The notes under the pieces were generated by a model. It was not told the origin of the DNA, ran no database searches, and saw only the letters and a program-made list of their open reading frames with translations. A stretch of DNA of 64,000 bases from Octopus vulgaris (taxonomy: Eukaryota): the NCBI GenBank assembly GCA_951406725.2, contig OX597820.1, positions 102,982,001 to 103,046,000 of the forward strand. Direction: 5' to 3'. The translations under genes and the position numbers were made by a program. Positions 14,290-29,018 of this stretch are shown piece after piece; the stretch's first letter is position 1, and every line of letters starts with the position of its first letter.

Positions 14290-14485
14290 CTCAACTACCA
14301 GATAGAACTACAAAAGATAGAATTCCTACAAAAATCTTCATTGCTTGGAACTGCAAAAGTTCTTTGCAGGATTCTTGAAGCATGATCAGGAAACAAGTGT
14401 CACCTTAGTCTGCTGGCTATGGGCAGCTGACATTTTCCATCACACCCAGCAAAATAAGCTGAGAGTTTTCATTATAATAATAATG
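14290..14485 (+). mobile_element. 3' stub of Dong/R4-like LINE between (AAT)n tracts
   Basis: LQKSSLLGTAKVLCRILEA* followed by a 3' UTR matching the reverse complement of 55470-55620. Confidence 0.8.
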
Positions 14486-14695
14486 ATTTCAAATTTTAGC
14501 ACAAGGCCAGACATTTTGGAGGAGTGGTAAGTCGATTGCATCGATCTCAGTGCTCAACTGGTACTTCTATTATCGACCCCGAAAGGATGAAAGGCAACGT
14601 CAACCGGGTGGAATTTGAACTCAGAACTTAAAAATGGACGAAATGCTGCTAAACAGTTTGCCCGGCGTACTAACGATTCTGCGAGTTCCCCGTCC
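14486..14695 (-). mobile_element. SINE family A
   Basis: tcgaccccgaaaggatgaaaggc...gaatttgaactcagaac core. Confidence 0.8.
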
Positions 14696-14751
14696 ATAAT
14701 AATTATAATGATTTTAAAGTTTGGCACAAGGCCAGTAATTTCGAGGAAAGG

Positions 14752-14769
14752 ATAATAATAATAATAATG

Positions 14770-14839
<70 letters not shown>

Positions 14840-14865
14840 TGATGACGATAATAATAATAATGATG

Positions 14866-14923
<58 letters not shown>

Positions 14924-14934
14924 TGATGATGATA

Positions 14935-14980
<46 letters not shown>

Positions 14981-15029
14981 GGATGATGATGATGATGACG
15001 ATGATAACAACAACAACAACAACAACAAC

Positions 15030-15076
<47 letters not shown>

Positions 15077-15103
15077 TAATAATAATAATGATAATAATAA
15101 TAA
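14752..15103. repeat. compound (AAT)n/(GAT)n/(AAC)n microsatellite
   Basis: directly visible. Confidence 0.95.
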
Positions 15104-15248
15104 TTGTTCTGAATGTAGGCACAAGACCTGAAATTTTGCGGGAGCTTGGTAGTCAATTAAATCGACCATGATGCTTAACTGGAACTTATCTTATCGACCC
15201 CGAAAGGGTAAAAGGCTAAGTCCACTTCGGCAGCATTTGAACTCAATC

Positions 15249-15321
<73 letters not shown>

Positions 15322-16949
15322 ACGTTGACGATGATGATTTATTTCAGTTATTCAGATATCTATTTGTGGTCGTCGTCATTTCTAAGCATTGTAAATTGGA
15401 AACTGGGTTTCTTCTGAAGCTTCTTGGATGCCTGTAGTGTAACTCGCCCTTCCTCTTCGGTGTCTTCTTTCTCTCTTTCCAGTCTCTTTATCCTCCCTAT
15501 CGTTGCAAGAACATGAGTGGTACCCCTAGAAGAAAATCTTAGATTACTTGGTTGTCCGCTTCTGATACTCAGGTAGAGGAGCATGGTTTTTCGCAACAAC
15601 CTTTTGGGTTGCGACCAGTTGTGATCTTGGGACAGCTGTTTCTGGGACCTGCTAGTGTTGATGTTGTTGTTTAATCTACTGTGTATATCTCTGTCTTTCT
15701 CCCTCTGTCTGTCTGTATCTCTGTCTCTCTCTCTCTTTCTCTTTCTTTCTCTCTCTCTCTGCTCTTGTTCTTTTCCAGTTCCTCCTTATGTGACCCTCAC
15801 GTCCACATGTACAACAACTGCCTTGTACCGTCAGAGCTATTTCCTTCTATTCTTCTCTTACAATGGTGTACATCTTTAAAAAGAAATGATGTGTGGTTGA
15901 GAGTCATACAGATTTGCATATTCAAACAAATATGATCGTATCTTATTTTGAGTCATTTCGGTGCCTGCTACGTTTCCATACTATGCTTCTGCAGTGACGA
16001 CTTGCCAACGGTTGATGTTACAATCAATGTCGTTGGCCTGTGAACGTTTAATTTTTTTTTGGCCGAAATATTGCAATAATATCGTTGATAAATGAAAGAG
16101 CTACATAAGTCAGTGACTATGTTGACCAATAATAATAAGCAATAGTAGCTTACGACAAGAAACACTAAATGAAACATGTTCAGTTTTAAAAGAACAACAC
16201 AGTAGTGATGTCATTGTTATGAACATTATAGCATTATCACATATAGGCCAATCAAAGGTATTTAAGTACAGCATGCAACTGCATCGCTACCTTTTGATTA
16301 GTACAGTATGGCAAGACAATTTCGACTCCAGCCTGTGAGGTGTGTAGTACATGAACTCATTTGTTGCCTGCCTAGTATTTGGTTTCAAAGACCCAGCACA
16401 CAGTTCATTCTATTCTGGTTGATGAGAAACCATATCATTCCACATATCGGTAAATGCTTCATCCAGTTGTTCCTTTGAAGGAACATGGAGTCCTTAATTC
16501 TTCATGATAAAGCAGAGGTGTAACTCATCTTTTCTTCCAGTTCTTTGATTTATTCCTCTTACGTGTTTTGTTTTCCATTTCCAGGAGCCAACCAAAATCA
16601 GGCGCCGTCCTCTGACGAACAATGCTAAAGAAAGCATTCCTGTTGTATCTAACAATATCAGAAATATTCGTATATTTTTATTTGTTAGAGTGTCATATAT
16701 GTTTGTACCTTCAACTAGATCAGTATTCATTTATTTCTGTTCAATGTTTTCAGACTGTGTTATTCTTTTCAAAACTTTTTATTGAGATTCTTAGAGGCGT
16801 ATTTTCTGCAGCCACACTTCTAAGCAGTACCTCTAAGAATAAGTTATGTTGAACAAGAAGTAAACAACAAGTGTTTTCTTTTAAAATATTATAAAAGATT
16901 TGAAGTAGTCTTTTACTACTAACATAGTTAATTTGTAAACCAGTGTAAA

Positions 16950-19210
16950 CATCAATGGTTTACAAGATAAAGCAAAATATCAAACAAAAATGTAAATAAA
17001 GGGGTATATGAGAAATATTTAAGAATAGAAAATTGTGAAGATGGAAATTATGTCCCAGACTCTCTAAATATTGATATGATTCAAGAATTACAGAGCAGAT
17101 CTTCCCATGGGCTGATGAAAGTCCCTTCCAAGTTAAAGCTTCCCAATAAAATAGTAACAATAATAAAATTGTCAAAGTTGGCCATCACAAATACAAAAAT
17201 CAATATTAGCAGTCTGAATGAAATAATATATGCAGCAGCCTCTAGAGTTAGAAAGAGAAATGGATATTCTCTCTGATTCAATGAAAGAGGAATATCAAAT
17301 AAGAAAAACCTTTAATGGAAGAAAACATCTCAGAATCGTTAATGAGATTAATCACAAAACAAACAGCTAAAAGAGAGAGAGAGAACTACTACAAAAATAT
17401 AACATAATAAAATGAAATACCCGGAATCAAGAGATTCTTAAAATGAAATATTCCTGTTAAATGGCAAATAATCTGTCGGTATGAAAAATGTTAAACGGTT
17501 CTTTGAAAAAAGGAGAAAAAAAACATCCAATTCAAAATAATTTTCTCAAAAACTCGGTAAAAATAAAGAAATCAACAAAGCATCAACAGTTAGAAGAGTA
17601 CAACAATTTGGGGGAAAATATGGGCAATCGAAGAAATCACCACGGAAATACTGGTCAAACATCAAATACAGCATCTGAACAAACCATAACTAACGAATAA
17701 CCAGAAGTTTTAAAAGAACGAACAATTATAAAATAACCAAAGACGCATAATATTCTAGCAGAGACATTTAATGAATATCTGTCGAAGCAGGAGACAACAC
17801 CTATTGGGCAAAGTGTGAGGTAAATCATCTTTGATTTCTGAAACTAAAGAAGCTACAACACCCAAAAGTATAGACCTATAACATACCTTCCAACAATTTT
17901 ACATAGCTTTAACTGCAATAACGGCGCAGAGTGTAAACAAACATCTAGATCAATGAATGATCAACAAAACTATAACTAAAGACTACGAAAATAGAATAAA
18001 GGTTCTGAATATGGCATGGAATGACATTTTGCCACATGGATTTCTTTTGACACATGGATTCAGGAAAAACTAACAATGAATAAAGCATCACCAGTAAAAG
18101 GAAGATGCATAAAGCATGCCATGACAAAATGGCAAACAATTTTGTAAAAGAAAGAATTATAAAACTTAAAGCTGTTTCCATAGATACAAGAAAAATATTC
18201 TAAGGAAACTCTCTTTCGCCATTCCTTTTCGTTATGGTACTGACAAGTTCAGCCAACGTGCTGAATAGGGCTAGACTCGAAGGAAAGACAATCAAAGATC
18301 TTTTGTATATGGATGACCTTAAGGTGTATGTTGCTGATGATGAAAACAAACAGAAACTCTTACTTCATGGATACACTGCATGGATTTACCTCAGAAATTA
18401 TTTGAGATTTAGATAAGAAAATATTCCAAAGCAACCTTGGAAACAGGAAAATTAAGAACACCTAACTCGTGATGAATAAAGAGAGATAGCATATTTAAAC
18501 CAAACACTGACATGCAAATACATAGGTATCAATGAACTAGACAATACACAACACACACACAAATCAGAAAAAAGATTATGAAAGAATATTACAAAGCGTA
18601 AATATAGCGAAATACAATTTTTTTTTAAAATGATAATGACATTGGCTTCAACAGTTTAGTTGTCCAAGTAATAAGTTATAACATTTTCAACTGAATGACA
18701 AATAAACTAGACTGATAATTACACTGGAAATTATGCCAGAATTTTTGAATTATCAGCAGAAAAGAGATGGCATAAGCATACACTAGAAACATGTTTAGAG
18801 AATGAAAAAACAATTATACCCTGGGATATGACAATATACAGAAACATGAAGATCAAGGGTAACGACCACATTTTTGTCAAGAATCACCAAGAACATAAAT
18901 GCCTCCTAACTAAATTATCAGATGACAGTGTAGCTCTCAATGAAACAGAACTATTATACAGATACAAAGATTTGGAAATAGAGATAATTCCAATGAGGGA
19001 GCTGAAAAGAGAAATACTCCTTATAATAATAAGCGCTTTGGGAAAGATCGAAAAGTGTGCAGAGAAAACAACCAAAACGCCAAGGATTCTTGAGTTTGCA
19101 CACATGCAGAAAATATTACTGCAGGACACTGTACATGAAATTCTTTCAATACAACATGAACAAAAGCCAAAAGTTGAAGATACCAAAGTCATACAGATAA
19201 TGCAGTAAAA
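16950..19210 (+). mobile_element. degraded Dong/R4-like LINE (RT plus RLE)
   Basis: LLYMDDLKVY (ORF 18234-18416); YKDLEIEI...IIISALG...MQKILLQDTVHEIL (ORF 18828-19208). Confidence 0.8.
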
Positions 19211-19444
19211 GCGTTGAATAAAACTAAGAGTGCAGAACAACAACGACGACGATGACGGCAGCGACGTCGACACCTTCAGTAACAGCTGCAGCATCAACAC
19301 CACCAACAACAACAACAATAATAATAATGAATTTTTTTTATAGGCAGCAAAAAACGCAAGACATTGACAAAACTACCAAAGGAAGGGACACAACACATAA
19401 AACAGGTGGGGTTTACATCGATCAAGAGGAGACACTAATAATAA

Positions 19445-19720
19445 TAATGAGATCCGCTACAGCAAATGTTCTGCTCAATACCACAAATTTGCCTGTCAGT
19501 TGTTTGACTAACTAGTTGGACGTCCCCCTTTGTGGCTGACGATATGTGCATCTCCGAGAGGAAACTTTGGGGGGCTTGAATAATTCACCTCCGGAAACAT
19601 CGGTGTTCCGTTCATCATCTTTAAACAAACGTTATTCAGGGACCTTTTGAGCGGGGCGGGCTACTTAAAATGAAGAGAATTCTAACTGTGCCCCCACCTT
19701 CAAGGTCATACGCTGTTTAA
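19445..19720 (+). mobile_element. partial copy of the ORF-less element at 56922-57477
   Basis: gctacagcaaatgttctgctcaatacc...ttctaactg...aggtcatacgctgttta is the reverse complement of about 57070-57380. Confidence 0.8.
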
Positions 19721-19858
19721 GGGGGAATGGTACTTGTTTTATCAACATCGAAAGGATGAAAGGCAAAGTCGACCACGGCGGAATTCGAACTCCGAGCGTA
19801 AAGATAGGCGAAAATATTTTGCTTGGCGTGCTAACGATTTTGCCATCTCGCCGCCTTA
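19720..19858 (-). mobile_element. SINE family A
   Basis: core and head motifs on the minus strand. Confidence 0.75.
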
Positions 19859-19879
19859 ATAAAATTAATTAAAATAATA

Positions 19880-20027
19880 AACGATGATGATGATAGTGGT
19901 GGTGGTGGTGGTGGTGGTGGTGGTGGTGACGATGATGATGACGATGATGATGATGACGACGACGACGATGACGACGATGACGACGACGACGGCGACGACG
20001 ACGGCGACGACGACGGCGACGACGACG

Positions 20028-20064
<37 letters not shown>

Positions 20065-20100
20065 TGATGATGATGATAATGATTATGACGATGGTAATGA
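19880..20100. repeat. (GGT)n/(GAT)n/(GAC)n microsatellite with 12-bp GACGACGACGGC units
   Basis: directly visible. Confidence 0.95.
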
Positions 20101-20899
20101 ACTTAAATTGTGGTAATTTCTCTCCAAATATGGTGCCTATAATAACATCATCGGTTATGTCATCTGGTTGTATCATCTTTTCATCATGACCCTCTTTATG
20201 TCAGATAAAAAATTGTATCACAAATCTTAAGGATACTCGATCTTCAGGGGAAGGAACCTTGCATAGCACGCGATCCATTGTACCGCAGTGTGAAACTGGT
20301 TGTTATTGAGTTGCGAATCTAGTAAAAATAGGATATGAAAAATAAGCATGCGACATGAAATGAGAAAGAGAGGGAATGGGGAAAAGAGAGAGAGAGAGAT
20401 GTTTTCAGTTGCAGAAGAAACTTTTAGATTAAAAAACCAAATTGTGAGAAAACAATATCTACTCAGTTGCAACTAGAAGAGATCAGCGAAAAAAAAGAAA
20501 AAAGATTTGGTTACACAAGAGAGGAAATTGAGTAAGAAATGGTAAAAAGATCTATGTATTATCAAGAGGAAAGGGGTAGTAGTGCAAGTGACTATACGTC
20601 ACTTCATAGAGATTAAGGGTGATATAGAAGAGGAAATGAGCTTACATTAATGTTAGAATGAAAATAGAAATAGGAATAAGAAGAGAGTAACAGCTTTCAG
20701 AAATTGAAAGTGAACTGTGATGTAAAGTTGCGAAACTGCTTAAATTATTCGAGAAAATCCAAATTTGGAAAATATGAAATGCAAATGATCTCATATTGTG
20801 CAGCTTTTGTTACTTTAGAAATTTTTGAAGTCAAAAGTGGTACAGAAAGGGTCAAAGTTCCTGAGTGGAAAAGGAAACTTGAAAATAAAGTGAAAATTT

Positions 20900-23720
20900 G
20901 GGAAGGATAAATGCTATAATTAAAAAATCGGTGAAGAAAACACATAAGGATTAGGTTTAAAGAAAGTATAGATAGTGAGGATTACAGGTTGCTAAAGAAG
21001 AGATGAAGCAAAAATTAATAGATACAAACCAAGAACATGTTCTTTAGAAACAATGAAAGAAAATTTTGACAATATCTGAACGAAGAGAATGAACATCAGA
21101 ATAGGGAAATACTAAACGTTGAGGGTGCAAAACTTTTAATCAGATGTTTGGTATTAGGATGTTAAAAGGTAAATAGGTCAATACAGGAAAAATATAAGTA
21201 TTACATTAGAGAAATTTAAATAAGATAGTTAAAAGATACCAAACTGAAAAGCTCCGGCATACAAACGTTGATGTTCGGAAATTCTGGCTTTAAAATTTCG
21301 CAAACTCGAATAAAAGGTTGTTAGTGACTGTATGAAAACCGAGCATTTATATAGATAAGCACAGTGTTAATATAGAAGAATGAAGAAAATGAAAGGAAAG
21401 TCAGTAATTATAAGCTTACTAAGTACATGCCGCTGTTATGGAAATTATTAATTGGTCTCAGAGTAGATGAACTGTATAGCATTATTGACAAAGAGAAACC
21501 AAAAGATCAAAACTAATGCGGAAAGAAATGAAGGAGAGTTGCTAATCTATAGTATATTGGTAGAATGATGCTAAATGAAGAGCGATAAGAGAAAAACAGT
21601 TGATTAGATAGGCTACAAGAAAATATATAATAATGAACCGAATTATTGGCTTCAGGAGTCCCTCGAGAACGAAATTATCTGTCACCATTACTTTCCATGA
21701 TAGCACTGATTCATTTGATTAAAATAACGCAAACGTATACACCTGCTTCGTGTGAACTTGCTAAGAACGTATCGAAAGCAAATCACCTGCTATAAACTTT
21801 TAATTGTACACAAAAAGTTTTAGTCCAAACCGTAAGAAACTGAAAGAACGGTTAAATCGACAGTACAATATAATTTCATAAGCTTACTGCAAGAGAATGA
21901 GGGTTACCTCGAAATATCATTTTATAGGTATGCATGATAAAATAATGGAAAAAACAAGAGGAGATAAAGTCTCTAAAGAGTACAACAGAAAACTTAGGAA
22001 GGGGCTTGAAACCAAACTAAATGGAGGTAATATCAAGGCAATCAATAATTGGCTGATGTCGGTGTTGAGATAATCCTCTATCTTTTTTAATGGTTTAATC
22101 CAGAACTACATGAATTAGAAATATTTTGGAATTTATTCGAAACTAAAATTATCATTAACCGTATCTATGTATTCAGAAGAGTAGGAAGCGAAAATTTGTT
22201 GTATATAACAACATAAATGTTGTAATTTGGGTGTTTGAAAAAACAAGGTTTTACACAGTTAAACGGGGCAAGAAATACCGATGAAGTTCCAGAAGCAGGG
22301 AAATATTTCAAAATTAGAAATGAAAATGGTAGTATACATAACTGGAAAGTGAATAAATACATGGCCATTCGTGTGACAAAACAGAGGAAATCGGAGGTTA
22401 TGGTAGAGATAGAAACCATAAATGGCATACCGCAAGCAAGTTATTTGAATGAATTTGATAAGGACAAAAGAAAAAACTGCCAGACAGCAAATGCAAAATA
22501 TGTGCGAAAATGTACGAAAGTATTAGCCTCAACTAAGCGAGTGCCTCAAGCTAACCGAAGAAGAGTATGACTGCGTTGGTTACTAATTGTTAGCTCGGTT
22601 TGGATTTGAAGTGACATAGAAGTGAAATGAGTGTTCCGTGAGGACATTAAAACGAAATTTGGCATTAATACCTCTGATATATTTACGACGAAGAGAGGCA
22701 AATTGCTTCAAAGGGAGTTATTGAGCTCCGTACTGGGAATAATTAGAACAATTTGACGAGGAATCCAGTACTAGTATTTAAGAGTTCTGGAAATTGATTG
22801 CCTAAATACATAAGGAGAGACAAGAGCATAAAAAATTCATTCCAGAATAGCTAAAAAATGTTATTACAGGCATCAACGACCGCATTGTCTCAATCATTTG
22901 ATATGATCCAAGAGCCATCACCTGGTACAGTCGAGAATTACAGGATATTGACAAGAAAAAAATGTGCGATAAAAGAAGGAACAATAAATAGCAGAAGAGA
23001 GGATGTGGAAAGCAAGAAAGAAAAAAACAGAAGAAAAGTATATGGAATTTTCAAGAGCACCATATAGAGAAGGATTCGTACTTGAGACTGGTTAAAGAAA
23101 AGCGTGAGGGATATGAAAAGAATCCACAGAAGTTCTTATAATGGCACCCCAAGAACATATAACGACGCAAGAAATCAAAAGCATAAGTAAAAAGAATATA
23201 TCACCACTAAGTCGCTTCTACCACGAGAAAAAAACAGACTGTAACCTACTTTGTACCAATGTGTAAGAAACTAGAAATACGACAAAACTGCATCCGTTAT
23301 GCACTGACAACTGTATAAAACCAGCAGTATAGAACACGCAGAATTGTGGGATAAACATGACAAATGAAATTTATTGAAAATGATCAGACAGATATTTTAT
23401 GAGGTATTGAAAATCCAGGGAGACACACAAGGAACTACTACACTTAAGACTGAATATCATTGTGGAAGAAACGGGTACTGGAAGTTGTATAATAATATAA
23501 ATAGTGTATCCATTCGACACAAGAGTGAAGAGGAAAGAAAAGATAGATTACCACATAATTTAAAGTGGAATTTTAAAAAGCCTTTGGGACACCATGGAGG
23601 AAATGGTAATTCTTGTCATAAAAGAATCACTAGGTACAATATCTGAAAATATCATCAAATAGCTTTCTATTGTTTCCAAACCAATTAATTTTGTGATAAA
23701 AAGTATATTTCTTTAATACA
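20900..23720 (+). mobile_element. highly degraded Dong/R4-like LINE relics (probably two or more)
   Basis: Remnant motifs LETKLNGGN..KAINNW and WLKK..TEVLIMAPQE in an A-rich coding-like strand; many stops. Confidence 0.55.
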
Positions 23721-23733
23721 GAACGAATCATAA

Positions 23734-23950
23734 CCCTTTACCTCTCCAGAATATAGCGTGTGGTACACAGGACCTATTTTCCTATTATCCATACTTTATA
23801 CAAGATACACTTATGCATGTTTTTCAACTTCTACCGTAACTTTAGACTCATGAAAGTCACACAGAAAGTGGGAAACAAGGTCTAACTAAAAGTCTGATGA
23901 CAAGCATGGACATTTAGGACAAACTTATGAAAATGCTTTGAACATGAAAA
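23734..23950. mobile_element. piggyBac-type MITE, degraded copy
   Basis: taa|cccttt start; internal sequence similar to 48534-48766 (gaaacaag..ctaactaaaagtctga..ggacaaact..aaaatgctttg). Confidence 0.6.
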
Positions 23951-24578
23951 TTATTCAGATATGCGCCGTCTATGTTCTAAACGTGTTGTGGTTTACGTGT
24001 TAATAAAAAAATTAGCAGAGTGACTAACATTACTGCTCTATGTAATAATAACAATGACAGTTTCAAATTTTTGCACAAGGGCAGCAGTTTTGAGTGACGG
24101 TAAAAAGTTGATGTCATCAATCTGAGTACTTGACTGAAACTTTCTTTAATCGAGACGAAACGTAAAGTTGGCCTCTGAGGGGGCAAATTCACTTTCCAGT
24201 CTTCCGAAATCGAAAAAAGTACTGGTATCGATGTATTCGATTTCTCCACTCACCTCAAAACTGTTGGCATTTGATCCAAATAACAATATCTGTTTGAACA
24301 ACCGATCACATAATATCTAATTTTTGATGAGCGGATAATTTTTAACTCAGTTAACTCAGTTTATAAAGAGAGCTTGGGACCCATAAATTATTTTAACAAT
24401 AACCTTTTGATAATATAAATCATTTTAATAGAAGCATCTCTCTGTATATCATAACATTAATTATAATAATTTACGACTTGTAAATTCTAATTTGGTGTCT
24501 TTCATTTCTAACTCTTTTTTTGTAAGGTCGAATTTAAATAAAACATGGATATATAATATATAATGATATGCAATATTG

Positions 24579-24812
24579 TAAGGCGGCGAGCTGGCAGAAA
24601 CGTTAGCACACCGGGCGAAATGTTTAGCGATATTGCATCTGTCGTTGCGTTCTGAGTTCAAATTCCACCGAGGTCGACTTTGCCTTTCATCCTTTCGGGG
24701 TCGATAAATTAAATACCAGTTACGCACTGGGGTCGATGTAATCGACTTAATCCATTTGTCTGTCTTTGTTCGTCCCATCTATGTTTAGCCCCTTGTGGGC
24801 AATAAAGAAACA
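24579..24812 (+). mobile_element. full-length SINE family A with 14-bp TSD
   Basis: TSD gatatgcaatattg at 24565-24578 and 24813-24826; box A/B-like head. Confidence 0.9.
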
Positions 24813-25354
24813 GATATGCAATATTGCATTTTATGTAACATGATGAAGAATTAACGTGTGTGACTAAGCGAAAAGATCCTAACCTTGTTTCAAAATTATT
24901 TATTGTTAAGCGAGCATTGTTTATGCAACGTTTATAAATAAAGTACTCGCTAGATTAGTCTCAGATAAATGAACGTTTTCGATGTCAGAAGTATTTTTAC
25001 ATATAGTGTATCAAGATTCAACTGATCAATAAAATCTTTCACACATTCAGTTAACGCTCTTATCAATAGATATCAAACAGTGTATAAACGGTTTGAATTG
25101 AAGCCATTAATCCATATGTGATATATCTAAGGAGCTAATCCCTTTTGTGCATGTTGCAACTATGGTTATAATAAAAGTTATGGATTGCAAAATAATCTAT
25201 GGATTAGCAGCAATTTTTGTTGTTAATGATGATGTGTTGCATTGCCAGCTCTGATCAAGCAGACCTATGGTGAAAGGAACTCCAATCGAAATCGTCCGTT
25301 CCACCATTAACTACAACCTAATAAGCCATGTGACCATGTAGGTGCTCATAATAA

Positions 25355-25550
25355 TATTGATTTCAAATTTTGGCACAAGACTGGCAATTTCGGGGGACCC
25401 TGGTGCTTGACTGGTATTTATTTTATCGATCATGAAAGGCTGAAAGCCAAAGTCTACCTAAGCGGAATTTGATCTCAGAACGAAAAGACGGGTGAAATGT
25501 CACTGAGCATTTTTCCCGGCGTGCTAACGATTCCTCCAACCTACCGCCTT
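25355..25550 (-). mobile_element. SINE family A, diverged
   Basis: head and core motifs on the minus strand. Confidence 0.7.
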
Positions 25551-26282
25551 ATGGGGCTCGTAGTGATATTGAAAATATAATATACTGCCCAATAAATTGT
25601 CCTGAAAGAAATATGCTAAAATGTAACTGTACAAAAAGACAGAGTCGGTTACTTGAATGAAATATCATCTCTGTATTCTATTAACCCTTTAACTGTGATA
25701 AATTTCATGGTTATTCCGTCAATGATGTTAAATATCTATGGAGAATAGTATTCGTATAAACTTGACCTTGGTTTGAAGATATTCCACAACAAAATATAGA
25801 CTGTTATATAAAACTGCTTTTCGCATTTAATGGTAATTAAATTTTGAATGGCTATATCTGATTTCAGCAGTAAATGATTACGCAATACTTATGCTGATAT
25901 ATGTCTTCTATCCTTCTGCTGGGCGCTAATCGAGTATCTTATTCATGTTAATCGTAACAAACTGATTTGATTTATTTGATTGGGCACATGATTGGAATTT
26001 GTAGAAGAGGTATACAGAGGGTAGAATCAACTCCTGTGTATGACTCCTACATAGAGGTAAAAAGTTATATGCCTTTGAAAATAATGCAAGTGCAACAAAC
26101 AATTAAAATGAAGATAGAATATTTTCCCCTTGCTTCATTATGAATGAGATGTGGTAAATGACACAGCCAAATATAGCTTCTTCAAATTAAACACCATAAG
26201 GAAAGTTAGCTGGAAACGTACAGATTACAGTAGGGCTCCATACTTTCGGCAATGACTTTTTATTGCTGTCTACATAGAAATC

Positions 26283-26585
26283 GCTGTGTGGTTGAGAAGC
26301 TCGCTTTGCAACTATGCGGTTAGAGTTCAGGCCCACTCCAAATATCTTCTACTATAGTTCTGAGCTGACCAATGTATTGAAACTGTGTAGTAGCCCGTCG
26401 AATATATATATGTATGTGTATGGCAACTAGTGTTGATTTATCTACGTTCCCGTAATTTAAAGATTAAGTTAAATAAGTACCAGACTTATAAAATAAATAC
26501 TGGGGTTGATTTACTTCCGCTGAACTCTTCAAGGCAGCGCCCCAAGATGGCCGCTATCCAATCTGTGAAACAAGTAAGAGATAGA
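26283..26585 (+). mobile_element. degenerate SINE family B
   Basis: gctgtgtggttgagaagctcgc head and gaaacaagtaagagatagaag tail. Confidence 0.6.
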
Positions 26586-26679
26586 AGTATTACTTACACG
26601 CTAAAAGCATACGCAAGCTTTATGGTTAAAGATTTTCCCCATTATATTATCTTCCTATAATTTCCCAGGCATGGCTGCA

Positions 26680-27080
26680 AAACTACTCCTAAACTACATC
26701 AACCAACAAGAAAGCTAAACTTCAAATAAAGAGACGTAGCATGGCATCTAACAGATCTCCTTACTAGCGAAACCAGAGAACATTCAGCCATTAAAATCAA
26801 GAACATATGCACACACGCAGAATAGAAAACTACGATGAATTACAATACATGGAACAGAAAGCACTTATGTTCAACATAAGCAGCGAATATAGTGCACAAA
26901 CGATACATTTCATTCATTATCAACAGTACCAGTTTTACATGGACACTAATCTCTCCACAGTAAATTACAGATCTAAAATGGTATACTTTGTATTATCATA
27001 TGTTGTACAGAAAAGATTCTCAAAGACCACCAACATAGTGAACCAAAAACACCCAAAATAACAGACCATCAGGAAATGAG
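26680..27080 (+). mobile_element. RLE-LINE relic
   Basis: weak match to the W..LL.SET....Q...TR / TI.H...PVL region. Confidence 0.3.
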
Positions 27081-28488
27081 AGAAGCAATATTTTAGTTCA
27101 AATCAGTCAGTTTTGCTACTATGATTTCAGCCTATAACAAGTCCCTAACTTATCCAAAACAATCTGAATCTTATATACACACAGAATTGTAAATCATCGA
27201 TAAAATATATTTAGACTGAGTGCTTCTATGCATACTGGTGGAGATGAACGCAATGTTCACACTCACTTTGTCTGCCTCTGTCATGGCCACCATCAGAAGT
27301 TGCTAACACACACGAACAAGCTGGAGGGTGGAAGAAATGCTCCAGCTTGTTCATTACTCCCGCTGTCACAATATATATCATATAATAAATCACTGTGTCT
27401 TGAACCAGATAAAGTTATGAGTTTTCTTAGCACTGGATCTATAATTTGTACCCAATCGTTCAACAGAATAAGTAAGTGCTGCTTTTCTGTTTCATATAAT
27501 TGGAGAATGTATAGGAATGACTGCAAAATTGGGAAAAATAAAGGGCGAATATTATCTATCCATATCCTTCTACATTTAATGCTCATATTTCAGTGCGTTA
27601 GTGTATCCAAAGCTTTAACCTTTCTACCAATGCACCACACGGCTAACACAATAATCTATTCATGATGAATAACCAACCTTTTCTAACGTTTTCATATTAA
27701 ATTTCTTGAGGCGTAATTCGTTTTATGTGCATCCATAAGTATGAAGCTAAGAGTCTCAATAACTTTTTCACTTAAAATTATTCTTTGACTATCAAACTTC
27801 AGTTTAATTGAAGGAGATAAAATGAATATCAAAACAAAATATTAGTAGTAGAAATATTGGTATTGAATGAAATAATTGTTTGGGGAAATGTCAGCATTTA
27901 TCATTTACAGTATACTAAAGGACAATAATTGAAAAGAGACTTTTTGATATTTTAGTACTGCAGGCACGAAGAATAAGAGACAAAAATAGCTTGGATTGTT
28001 ATTTGAGTAGTTTAAGGACAGTATGAATGCGAAGTGCGAATGTATAAGTTGGGTAATTATTTCAGAAATGTAGGCAGAATAAGAAAAAATGTAAGGAGAA
28101 ATGGAATGTGTTATTTGAGATATTCAGTTGCATCTCTTTACGATCAAAGTGGAAACAAGAACTTTATTATTTAGGTGTTGATAAAATAACATCAATCAAA
28201 TATTGATGTTGATTAAATAAATCACCTGGGGCCACCACCGAAGAATCTGTGGACATGATTCAATGTTTGGAATTAGTGATTAAGTGGCATTTACATATGT
28301 GTGTGTGTGTGGGGGGGTGCAAGTGTTTTTGTGCGTGCGCGCGCATAAATATACACAACACACTCAAATACATATAATTACACATGCACACGCATACGCA
28401 TGTTAATATACATACATACATATATACATACATACATACATACATACATACATACATACATACATACATACATACATACATACATACA

Positions 28489-28588
<100 letters not shown>

Positions 28589-28671
28589 AGCACTAATATT
28601 TGAGATCTGTCCACATGGGAAAAATTATGACACGGCTTATGCACAGACACTGTCATGAATACCAACAGCAA

Positions 28672-28920
28672 GTGGAGGCGCAATGGCCCAGTGCTCAGGG
28701 CAGCGGACTCGCGGTCGGAGGATTACGGTTTCGATTCCCAGACCGGGCGGTGTGTGTGTTTATTCAGTGAAAACACCTAAAGCTCCACGTCGCTCCGGCA
28801 GGGGTTGGTGGCGACCCCTGTTGTACTCTTTCGCCTCAACTTTCTCTCACTCTTTCTTCCTTTCTTCCTTGTCCCCCGCTTCCTACGCAACCGCTGAGCC
28901 TGGATGCGCATTCATCCATA
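28672..28920 (+). mobile_element. tRNA(Arg-like)-derived SINE family C
   Basis: box A-like tggcccagtg, anticodon-like gactcgcgg and box B-like tttcgattccc. Confidence 0.85.
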
Positions 28921-29018
28921 TAATTGCCCACAAAACCGCATATTCTATTTGGGTGTGGATTGCTAATAAACTTATTTGTTGATTGAAACAGAATGATTTT
29001 TACGTTTATATATAATAA

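Noticed and set aside
13302-15437. Poly-V/G, poly-I/Y/H/L/S ORFs resembling membrane or low-complexity proteins
   Set aside because: Trinucleotide microsatellites
27228-27665. 145-aa non-repetitive ORF and an overlapping antisense ORF
   Set aside because: No recognisable domain or supporting splice structure
28672-28745. tRNA-Arg-like sequence
   Set aside because: SINE head continuing into SINE body; lacks a proper acceptor stem
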